A stretch of DNA of 64,000 bases. Origin: an uncultured Marinilabiliaceae bacterium. Its GTDB lineage: Bacteria; Bacteroidota; Bacteroidia; Bacteroidales; VadinHA17. Below, piece by piece: positions 50,046 through 59,887 of this stretch. Position numbers and translations under genes: made by a program. The first letter of the stretch is position 1; every line of letters starts with the position of its first letter. Below the pieces are notes generated by a model. It did no database searches. It had not been told where the DNA came from and saw nothing but the letters and a program-made list of their open reading frames with translations. The stretch spans positions 2,483-66,482 of the forward strand of contig CALOBV010000006.1 in assembly GCA_942491535.1 (NCBI GenBank), written 5' to 3'.

Positions 50046-51476
50046 CTACAATTCTCCTCTTCTTGCGACCAATGCATCCTTAATCTCACGAGCTTTCTTT
50101 TCTGTAAGGTCATATCGCCAGATTACTATTATGGCAATAAATGCCGTAATTGCCGGAATCGAAATATCGGCAATACGCAGTTTGTTCATTGTTTCAGCGG
50201 CCTGTGTAGTTGCATTCTGATCAAATCCGACCAGTTTTAATACCAAACCACCTAAGACTAGTGCAATAGCCTGTCCTAATTTCACCATCCACCAATAGAT
50301 GGCACCAAATGTCCCTTCTTTACGTGGCATACCATTTTTCAATTCATCCAGGTCGCATACATCTGCAGTCATGCTCATCATCAATGTAAATAATCCACCA
50401 ATACCAAAAGCCATTAAAGGAATGGGCATAAATAATAACCACGGATTTTCAGGGTTAAAGCCCCACCATTTTAGACCATAACCAACAATGGAAATAGCCG
50501 TTGAGATTATAAAGGCTTTCCGTTTCCCCAATTTATTTGCGATTGCAGAAATAATTGGAATAACCAGGAATGCTGTTACTACCGCAGACATCGTAGAAAA
50601 CCATGCCGGCCAGTTTCCTGCTAAACTATAATCTCCCCTAAACATATAGAATACTATAATAAAATAGGCAAATGATGCTACCATCTGAAAGCCATTAAAG
50701 ATCAGGAAAGTTGCGCCGCAAAGTTTCATAAAAGGCTTATTTTTTGAAACCTGAACAATTCCTCTAAAAAGGTCTTTAAGGTTTGAAAACAACGTCTTAT
50801 AAGTAATTTTTACTCTGTTTTCCATATTGGTAGAATCTATCCCCTTACAAAAAATAGCAGGTAGAATTCCTAAAACAATGCAGACCGCACCCACAATTAA
50901 AGAAAGACTCCTAACCCCGATGGCCTGTGACTCAAACAGGTTTGGGTTTGCAATAAGAACCCAGAACCATGGTACAATCATCCATGCAATTTGTCCCAGA
51001 GTTTGAGAAAACGCCATTAAACGCGTGCGCTCATTATAGTCGGATGTCATTTCATAGCCAAGACCGATAAGTGGTGTGGAGAAGATGGTATTACCCATAA
51101 GGTATATAAGCGAAAAATAAGGAAATACCAGAAGTTATACATCTGTGAATTTTCGGGATTAGAGTTGCCACAAGACAGCAAACAATACTCCACTTAATAT
51201 TGCACCAACAAAAATATAGGGTCTTCTGCGTCCAAATCTCGATTTTGTGTTGTCAGATATAAAACCCATTATTGGGTCTGTGATAGCATCAAAGAATCTT
51301 GGGAGTCCGCCTAATAAGCCAGCCAGGAAAGGATCCATCCCGAAGGCAGTAAGTAAGAAGAACATAAATATTCCAAGTGCTCCAGGCAAGAGGTTATTTA
51401 CAAGATGGCCGGCACCAAATGCAGCTTTCTGAACGAATGGGACCTTGTCTTTTTCAGCAGTTTTATATTGGCTCAT
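50046..51476 (-). pseudogene. Glycoside-pentoside-hexuronide (GPH)/MFS cation symporter, interrupted by two closely spaced indels
   Basis: ORF 51159..51476 is the N-terminal part (...DAITDPIMGFISDNTKSRFGRRRPYI...LWQL*). ORF 50046..51098 is the rest. The bridging segment NPENSQMYNFWYFLIF is readable only in a third frame between ~51160 and the A5 run at 51113..51117. Confidence 0.8.
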
Positions 51477-51589
51477 ATAACTTATATTAGGGTATCCTGT
51501 CAGACACTATTTCCGTTTGAAGCAGTGTCTGGCAAAAATTTAAAATTATATGTATTTGAATTTAAGACTCTGAATAATATAACGGGTTC

Positions 51590-52396
51590 TTAATCAGCTT
51601 CCTGGTATACCCTTACATAATCGACATACATGGTCTGCGGGAAGGGTGTATCCTGCGTTGGAAATCCAACATAATCACCTCCTACAGCAACATTGAGAAG
51701 AAGGAAGAAGTCTTGATCGAATACCCATTCGCCCGTAAGGTCATCCGGCCTTATCTCCTGGTATAGTGTATCATCAACATAATACCTTATAAAATCTGAT
51801 CCCCACTCAACTGCAAAGATGTGATAATCGACATCGAACCTGTCGTTCTCATATCCAAAGCTTTTTGTGATAGCTGCTCCACCCGAGTAACCAGGACCGT
51901 GAACACTACCATGAATAAGGTTAGGCTGCTGACCACGATATTCCATAATATCTATCTCACCACAATTTGGCCAGGGATTGGTTTCTATATCAGATCCCAG
52001 CATCCAGAATGCAGGCCATATTCCAGGTCCCCATGGCAGCTTAATTCTTGCCTCAAAGCGACCATATTCCTGATCAAATTCCCCTTGTGTTTTGATCCTG
52101 GCCGAGGTATAGGAACCACCATTATTAATAGCTGTTATTTTCAGAGAGCCATTATCTATAATAATATTTGCAGCCTCGTTGGTGTATGTCTGCAATTCAT
52201 TATTACCCCAACCACCTCCTCCGAGGTCGAAAACCCAGTTTGTGTCATCAATGGCACCATCTGTATCAAACTCATCCTGCCATACAAGCTGATAGTTAAT
52301 ATCTTCAATTCCTGAGTTATCCTCACATCCTGAAAGAATTACGAGGACTGCCATAAAAAGAAGACCTTTAATAAATAATAAACTATGTGATTTCAT
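51590..52396 (-). CDS. GH16 endo-beta-1,3-glucanase (laminarinase) lipoprotein
   Basis: Start at the ATG at 52396 (MKSHSLLFIKGLLFMAVLVILSGC lipobox). Catalytic motif GEIDIMEY. 268 aa. Confidence 0.85.
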   Translation of the reverse strand: MKSHSLLFIKGLLFMAVLVILSGCEDNSGIEDINYQLVWQDEFDTDGAIDDTNWVFDLGGGGWGNNELQTYTNEAANIIIDNGSLKITAINNGGSYTSARIKTQGEFDQEYGRFEARIKLPWGPGIWPAFWMLGSDIETNPWPNCGEIDIMEYRGQQPNLIHGSVHGPGYSGGAAITKSFGYENDRFDVDYHIFAVEWGSDFIRYYVDDTLYQEIRPDDLTGEWVFDQDFFLLLNVAVGGDYVGFPTQDTPFPQTMYVDYVRVYQEAD

Positions 52397-52492
52397 ATTT
52401 AATGATTTTATCATAAGACAAATTATTGTTTTGTAAAAAGCTAAAGCTTCAATTTTCAAGCTTATAAAAACTGAAGCTATAGCTTATTATTT

Positions 52493-55400
52493 CTACTTAT
52501 AGAGATAAATATTATCGTACCATACATTAGTTAAGTTAGCAGTTGTAATCCCAATCTGAGCGACATCACTTCTTGTTAAGTTATTTGTTACAATCCCTCC
52601 TAAAGAAGTAATGTCAATATCTACCGAAACCCATGAGCCTGCTACTATTCCAGGTGTTGTGCCTGTATTAATATTAACTTCTAAGGCAGAAGCTTCTGAA
52701 ACCCCACCTCCAAAATCAACTAATTTTACGTTGAAAACATCTCCTGTTAGGTCAACATCATCAGTGTAAAAATCGAAATGAATATGTGTGTATGTAGATA
52801 AATCCTGCTTATTAGAAGAAAAATCTATTCCATGACATTCTATGCCTGCATTCTTTTTTAAGGTATTATTTCCAGCTACTATAACTCCTGTAACTGCAGC
52901 ACCTCCACACCAGCCAGCGTCAAAATTATCAAATGCTATGTCGGTATAGGCATCACTATAAATCGATACTACATTGGCAGCATCTACTGTTGGAGTCGGA
53001 GCAGCCACCGTCGGGCCTGTGTCACCGCCACTTCCACCATCATCGTAGAAATACATATTATCAATCCAGATTGTTGTAGCACCGGTTGGCTGACCAACCA
53101 GGATGTACTGGGCTATATTTGAAGTTGTTGTAAGACCGGTGAAATCAGTAAGCGGGATATCATAGCTTACCCACTGTCCCTGTGCAGGGCTGGGATAATT
53201 AATCTGGTGTTCCACATCATCACCTCCGGCATATGCACCGTCAGCTCCAAAGTCAACAAGCTTAATACTGAACTGTGTTATATCGGCTGACCATACATCA
53301 ATATGAAGATGTGTCATGCCTGATGCATCAACCTGGTTTGCTTCTGTAAGAATACCTACAAAATCAAGGGCAGAATACTTCTTGGCGGCATTGCCGGCTA
53401 CTGTTACATCTTCAAGAGTAGCAGCCGACCAGTCGGTTCTCCATGTATCTACTGTTACATCGGTATAGGCATCACTGAATAATGAAATTACATCTCCCGG
53501 ATCTTCACCAGGCGTTGGAGCTGCCGTTGTTGGTTCCGTTGCCGGAGTTCCACCAGCATCATCATAGAAGTACATATTATCAATCCAGATTGTGGTTGAT
53601 CCGCTTGGCTGACCAACCAGGATGTACTGGGCTATGTGTCCGGTTGAGGTAAGACCTGTGAAGTCGGTAAGTGGGATATCATAGCTTACCCACTGTCCCT
53701 GTGCAGGGCTGGGATAATTAATCTGGTGCTCCACATCATCACCTCCGGCATATGCTCCGTCAGCTCCAAAGTCAACAAGCTTTATACTGAACTGTGTGAT
53801 ATCAGCTGACCATACATCAATATGAAGATGTGTCATGCCTGATGCATCAACCTGGTTTGCTTCTGTAAGAATACCTACAAAATCAAGGGCAGAATACTTC
53901 TTGGCTGCATTGCCGGCTACTGTTACATCTTCAAGAGTGGCTGAAGACCAGTCTGTTCTCCATGTATCAACAGTTACATCAGTATATGCATCGCTAAATA
54001 ATGAAATTACATCTCCCGGATCTTCAGCAGGTGTAGGAGCTGCTTCTGCTGGTTCTGTTGCTGTGCTGCCAGCATCCTTATAAAAATAAATGTTATCAAC
54101 ATAAGCTACATCTATTTTACCAGCTACTGCTATTAAAAACTGAGTAAGATCTGCTCTCGTATTATCTCCCGTAAAGTCAGTAATTGGGACATCTATTGAT
54201 ATCCATTTTTTAAGATCAGTATCTCCTATAGGTTTGGTAAGCTCAAATGCATTCGTTTCTCCGGCTCCACCTGCATGGTTAGACCATTTAGGATTAAAGA
54301 TCTGTCCGGCTTCAAAATCATCATCGATCCAAATATCCATATGGAAATCAGTCATTGCTGTTGCATCTACAACTGAGTTTAATTGAGTTCCCAGGAAATC
54401 AACAAAATCTATTTTTAAAAGCTTGTTGCTTGCAATAGTCTCTTCTACAAATGCAGAACCAACATCCCAATCAACATTTGTTAATCCTACTTCGGCTCCA
54501 TAAGCTTCTCCGTATATAGATATCACGTCTGCAGCATCTCTAGCAGGTGGCACTGTTGGCGCGGTTGTTGGCCCTGTAGCTGCACCTCCACCAGAGGTAT
54601 AGAAATAGATATTATCCAAATAAATATCACCATTACCATCAAACTTCATCTGGATAACATCTGCCAGGTCAACACCTGAGAAACTTGATAAAGGAATATC
54701 AACGCTTGTCCAACCACTTGTAGGTACAGTAAGTACGTAAGCAGTTTCTACAGGACCTGTACTGATTAAAAATGTACTCAAAGCTGTTGAATTTGCTGTC
54801 CAGAAGTCCATGTGTAAAAATTCCATACCCGTAACATCCTGGCTACTGGCAAATTGTATTCCCTGGAAATTCAGACCTGCAAATTTAAGGGTAGTATTAC
54901 CTTCAATTGTTACATCAGATACAACAGTAGCCTGTCCCCAGAATGGGAAATCTGTACCAGCCAGGTTTGTATAGGCATCACCATAGATTGAAATAACATC
55001 AGCAGCATCTCTTGCAGGAGGTGTTGGAGCAGCCTCTGTTGGGCCTGTAGGAGTACCTCCTCCATCTCCGTATAAATAAACATTATCAAGGTAGAATCCA
55101 GTAAGTCCTGTACCAAGGTTTTCAAGTACTAACTGTGCAAGCTTACTCTTACTTGAGAGACCAGAAAGGTCAATATCAACACTAATCCAGCTCTGTGATG
55201 CCATAGGAGTAGGCAGAACATATGTTATCGAAGGATCATTTCCATCATCAAGTGTACCATCAGCGCCCATGTCTTTAACTGTAATTTGCAGCCTGTCAGC
55301 CGGATCTACTGCATTGGGAATGTAAACATCCATATGCAGGTGTGTCATGCTTGAAGCATCGATACTTGGTGAACTAAACTGGATACCAACGAAATTGAAG

Positions 55401-56461
55401 TTAGTATAATACAGAACATCGTCATCTCCTACTGTAAAGTCAGCAGATAAAGTAGTCTGGTATGGTTCCCAGTAACCGTTATAGAATTCTACTGGCACAT
55501 TAATATATGCATCGCTGAATATTGATATCACATCTTCCTGATCTTTGGTTGGAACAGGCGCAGATGTATAATCACCTGCAGATTCAATGGTTAATGATCC
55601 TGCTGCATCCTCGTCTCCAGACTTGGCAGTAATAACTGCTGTTCCTGCACTTACAACTGAAACCATGCCCGAAGCATCAACAGTTGCTACTCCTGCATTT
55701 GATGATGAGAATGTAAAATATGCCGGAGCGACCAAAAAAGTCTTATCTATACCTGTTGGCATATTGAAAGAAACGCTAAGTCCACCGATAGATATCTTAA
55801 GACCATTGAAAGTAGACTCAACTACATCCATACCATCCTGTATCTGAGCCTGTTTATGTGCAATTGTGCCCAGCTTCTCAAATTTCACTTCATCAATCCA
55901 GAAGGTGTATCCGAGTCCTTCCTCGGGTCCTTCCGAAAAGTAAAACATTCCTCTTTCTTCAGTAAGTCTTGAAGGGTCAGGTATTGGAATAATATATTTC
56001 TTCCAGTTAGAGTTTACGGCAACACTTTGTTGGGAAACCAGATATTTTGATTCTCCCAGGTCATTACCAAATCCAAGCACGTCTATAGTAGCAGATTTGG
56101 ATGCTTTGGCCCAGAATGTCAGGGCATCATATTCAGAAAGATCACGTCCTTCAGTGGTATAATATACACCACCGGCATAGGCGCCTTCAGGATCTCCTGC
56201 ATCCGGCACTTCAATTTTCATAGATGCAGAACCGGAGAATTTCACATCCTGATCTACATCGAAAGCAGTAACCTTGGAACCGCCAAAAGCGGCATAATTC
56301 AGTCCCTGGCTAAACCCATCTATAAATACTTCAGGTATATTTGGAAATTTTGCCAGATCCAGTTCATCAAAATCTCTTTTACAGCTTAAAGACCATACTA
56401 ACATGATCGCTGTAATAAGAGCAATTACTGAATAGTTATATTTTCTGTTTTTCATCTTCAT
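52493..56461 (-). CDS. 1322-aa surface lipoprotein: N-terminal CBM-like domain, Big_2 Ig-like domain, six tandem putative glycan-binding modules
   Basis: Lipobox VWSLSC. Big_2-like FSSSNAGVATVDASGMVSVVSAGTAVITAKSGD. Six ~150-175-aa modules are each framed by DVIS[IL][FY][SG][DE]AY... and ...DN[IVM]Y[FL]Y, separated by Pro/Thr/Ala linkers (TGPTEAAPTPPARDAA and similar). Confidence 0.75.
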   Translation of the reverse strand: MKMKNRKYNYSVIALITAIMLVWSLSCKRDFDELDLAKFPNIPEVFIDGFSQGLNYAAFGGSKVTAFDVDQDVKFSGSASMKIEVPDAGDPEGAYAGGVYYTTEGRDLSEYDALTFWAKASKSATIDVLGFGNDLGESKYLVSQQSVAVNSNWKKYIIPIPDPSRLTEERGMFYFSEGPEEGLGYTFWIDEVKFEKLGTIAHKQAQIQDGMDVVESTFNGLKISIGGLSVSFNMPTGIDKTFLVAPAYFTFSSSNAGVATVDASGMVSVVSAGTAVITAKSGDEDAAGSLTIESAGDYTSAPVPTKDQEDVISIFSDAYINVPVEFYNGYWEPYQTTLSADFTVGDDDVLYYTNFNFVGIQFSSPSIDASSMTHLHMDVYIPNAVDPADRLQITVKDMGADGTLDDGNDPSITYVLPTPMASQSWISVDIDLSGLSSKSKLAQLVLENLGTGLTGFYLDNVYLYGDGGGTPTGPTEAAPTPPARDAADVISIYGDAYTNLAGTDFPFWGQATVVSDVTIEGNTTLKFAGLNFQGIQFASSQDVTGMEFLHMDFWTANSTALSTFLISTGPVETAYVLTVPTSGWTSVDIPLSSFSGVDLADVIQMKFDGNGDIYLDNIYFYTSGGGAATGPTTAPTVPPARDAADVISIYGEAYGAEVGLTNVDWDVGSAFVEETIASNKLLKIDFVDFLGTQLNSVVDATAMTDFHMDIWIDDDFEAGQIFNPKWSNHAGGAGETNAFELTKPIGDTDLKKWISIDVPITDFTGDNTRADLTQFLIAVAGKIDVAYVDNIYFYKDAGSTATEPAEAAPTPAEDPGDVISLFSDAYTDVTVDTWRTDWSSATLEDVTVAGNAAKKYSALDFVGILTEANQVDASGMTHLHIDVWSADITQFSIKLVDFGADGAYAGGDDVEHQINYPSPAQGQWVSYDIPLTDFTGLTSTGHIAQYILVGQPSGSTTIWIDNMYFYDDAGGTPATEPTTAAPTPGEDPGDVISLFSDAYTDVTVDTWRTDWSAATLEDVTVAGNAAKKYSALDFVGILTEANQVDASGMTHLHIDVWSADITQFSIKLVDFGADGAYAGGDDVEHQINYPSPAQGQWVSYDIPLTDFTGLTTTSNIAQYILVGQPTGATTIWIDNMYFYDDGGSGGDTGPTVAAPTPTVDAANVVSIYSDAYTDIAFDNFDAGWCGGAAVTGVIVAGNNTLKKNAGIECHGIDFSSNKQDLSTYTHIHFDFYTDDVDLTGDVFNVKLVDFGGGVSEASALEVNINTGTTPGIVAGSWVSVDIDITSLGGIVTNNLTRSDVAQIGITTANLTNVWYDNIYLYK
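53041..54078. repeat. Near-identical 519-bp tandem duplication (two 173-aa modules) inside the lipoprotein gene
   Basis: 53041..53559 and 53560..54078 align base for base over most of their length (the same ATG-containing string occurs at 53316 and 53835, offset 519). Differences cluster in a ~70-bp patch near the start of each unit. Confidence 0.9.
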
Positions 56462-56474
56462 CTAATTATTTAGG

Positions 56475-59400
56475 CTACATGCCTATATTAAAATGTAAAT
56501 AAGTTCTTATCTCCCATTCGTTACCATTAGGATAACCCGGTACTGTTGGATCGCAGGCATAATCGCCATTAACATCCAGGGTTTTTGTAGGACAGTACCT
56601 TGGAGAATACTGATCCAATGTCCTGTTAGTAAACCTGATGCCTATTCGTGTATCCGGCATATCAAACCATTTTGGTTTAGAGACTGTTGTGGAAAGATCT
56701 ATTTTTACCTGCAGAGGATATGTCAGGTTGAAATCGCGATGATAATCGTAAGGGCCCCAGTCATTAACCTTAACCATTGAGGTCAGCTTGGCTTTTTTAT
56801 AAACCATACGCAGATCACCACCATACCTTCTGATCAACCTGTCGTCGCTACCATTTGATTCAGCATCACCTGCAAAAAGATTGGCAATAAGACCAAATTC
56901 AGGGTTTATCTTGGAAACTATGCGGGCATGAACCTCCCACAGGTCTCTTGCCGGTGGCGCTCCCGGGAATGCAAATGTGGTACGACCGTTAGCCAGTATA
57001 CCTATCGATGCATCCTGTGATGTAGGATGATGGCGATATACTACTCCGGCGCTAATTGCAAAGGGAGCATCTTCAGCAATATCATTATCCCATTCGTACA
57101 TCCATGTACCAGGTGTTGGGTCATAGGTAAGCAGGAATTCACCTGCAACAGTTTCCCTGTTAAGTCTTACAGCGAAAGGATCGTCCAGGATATTCCTTGC
57201 TCTGCCAGGTGCTGGAGCATCTGATGGCATGGGGCCAATAATAGGTTTCTGCCACAGGAAGTTTGGTGCAAACTGGAAGTTACCATATGTATAGGCAAAA
57301 CCTGTTAAGAAGTTATACTGGTTTCCACTTCCGCTATCTTTAAGTCTCCAGCCGGTATAGGTCCTTGTATAATCAGCACCACCGCCTGCAACTAATCCCA
57401 TTGCGGCACCCTGGGCATACCAGAGTACCGGACCGAAGGAATATGTTATTTTCATCTTTCCTCCCCAGGTATCGTTTGAGTTAATCTGGTCTTCATATAC
57501 AGTCCAGTCACCTTCTTCTCCTTCAACAAGCTGGAATGTTTCTCCAACCCTGGGTTGACCGGCCCATATACCACCAAGCTCGACACCAAGTTTTCCAAAT
57601 GTTCTCTTAACATGAATGGTTGTCCTACGGGTTGGTGGGCTCGGAATGGCGAAAGAACTTACTGCCGGAGCCTGTTCATCTATATCTTCGTGATAAATAC
57701 CGGTAATATCAAATTGTCCTACTCTCCTGCTATACTTAACAAGAACGGCCGGGTTAGCTCCCCACCAGAGTTCAGGTCCGAAGGCTACCTTCAGTCCGGA
57801 AAGCGATTTCTTGCCTTCCATCTCCATCCCAAAAGGAGCATTACCATTATATATGTCGATATTAGGACCGTAGTTTGCTTCCGGGTAAAGACCAAAAAAG
57901 TCACCTTCATATCCCCAGTGATAATGACCGGTGCGATAAAAACTGGTCAGGTTAAACATCTTGGCGTTCCATGTAAAGTCGGCACGGTATATTTGTAATC
58001 TGTCGATTGATGATAGTTTAAGGTTTCCCTCATCGGTATTTACTTCCCTTGTACGACCCCTGTTTTCATAAAAAATCTCATCAATTGGATTTTCAGCAAT
58101 ATTGCCAAGGACATTTACAGACACATTGGCCCGGATACTCTCCGAAGGTTTGGCTTCTATTTCCATATAATAAGACTGCATATGATCGAAGCCAAGCTCA
58201 TCGGGGTAATTTCTTTCTCCCGCAACGGGATCTTTTGGAGTCGTAATAAGCTTACCCCCTGTACTGAAGGTGCTCAATTCAGCTCTCATTCCACTTATAC
58301 GAACCTTTTTTACCTCTTCTCCAATCAAGGCAGCCTTATCTCCCCTTGCCTTAACAACTGCATCCATCAAAACTATATTTGAGAAGTAATCACCAATTTT
58401 TTGTGATGTCGTGCCCTCCAGGTATGGGTTTATCTTATGAGCTTCCTTAAGGGCATAATATGCCGCTCTGGGATAGTGTTCGTAGAGGCCTTTCATATTG
58501 GTAGGTCCTTTTGCGCAAATTCCAAACCACTCTTCATTCATATTATTCTCTCCTTCTACAAAGTCGCTTCGATAACCACCATTGCCCCATGAGGCATTGT
58601 TATCATGAACCTCCAGGTTTTTAGTCTGTCCGAACTTCCACCAGCCATCACTGAACTGAAAGGTAAAACCACCTATACTGTTATTAGCTTTTCCCAGGCC
58701 TGCTGCATTCTCATAAATCTCTTTCCAGTTTCCCACCATATAATATGCCTGTGAATACTGGTCTTCTTCATTTTCAACTGCATTAAATGCATCAGCTCCA
58801 AATTCGGTAAACATTATGGGTTTGCCATATTCATCTCTTACCCTATCAAAAGCATCACCAAAGGAAACTCCGCGATACATATTAACTCCAAAAATATCTA
58901 CGTCTTTACACTCCTCTGCAATAATATCAAGGAAGAGCAGATCGCCATTACAAATTGCAACGGGAACCGAACTGTCGATATCTTTCATTGCAAGAGTTGC
59001 TTCATTAAACAACTTGTACATCGAACGTGCACGGATTGTTGCTTTTTGGTCTTCAATAGGAATATCCTCTGTTTCAGCACCTTCCCAGAACAGGCCATAA
59101 TTATTTTCATTACCAAGAAGGAACATCAGCAGCCCGGGTGTTCCTTTAAAATTCTTCTACCATTTGAGTTACTTCATCAAGCAGAAGTTCGCGAACTCTT
59201 GGATCAGCATACTCAGTATTTGCTACCCACTCACTTCCCAGGGTAAGACCATAGCGGCCAAATGAATGATTTAGCATAGTATAAATGCCATAATTTTCAT
59301 AGATATATTTAATCCATTTAGGCTGGATGCCAGTATACTGCCTGATTGCATTAACACCCATATTACGAAGCAGTGACATTTCTGCATCGAGAGCAGCCTT

Positions 59401-59658
59401 AATAACATCATCAGACTGGTTCCAGAGACTGTAGGAGAAATTTGTGCCAATTGGGAAGTAATCCCAATTCATTCCATTTATCATGAAATCCTTTCCATAG
59501 ACAACTAATCTTACTCCGTTTTCATCTTCTACGACTTGAACTTCCTGTGCCTTTTGAGCACCATCAGTCATAGTAATTTTCCCCTGAACCGCACTATCCT
59601 GAGCAAATGCTCCAACGGAAAACAGGGTAAAAATAAAAAGACAGGTAATTACTTTCAT
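56475..59658 (-). pseudogene. Signal peptide + clan GH-A (TIM-barrel) glycosidase-like domain + ~620-aa predicted outer-membrane beta-barrel; one homopolymer frameshift
   Basis: ORFs 59146..59658 and 56475..59126. Removing one base from the A4 run at 59148..59151 joins ...DEVTQMVEEF to KGTPGLLMFLLGNENNYG.... Contains MGVNAIRQY, LGNE and IMFTEFG motifs. The C-terminal two thirds is Gly/aromatic-rich amphipathic strands through to ...EWEIRTYLHFNIGM*. Confidence 0.6.
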
Positions 59659-59887
59659 AAAGTTTTTTTTTGATGTTAATATTTAATTTCTACTGTTTCA
59701 GGCGTTATTAAAGTATAAATATCAACTGAAAAAAATGAAAGTCCTAAAATATTAGCACTACGAAAACACTTCCTTACAATACCTATATGCACTTCAAAAA
59801 CACTACATCCTGACTCTCTTATGAGTAATAGTCTTATGAAGGTTTAATGATTTAATATAGGGAGCAGGAACCTGTCTGGTGTGGAAA

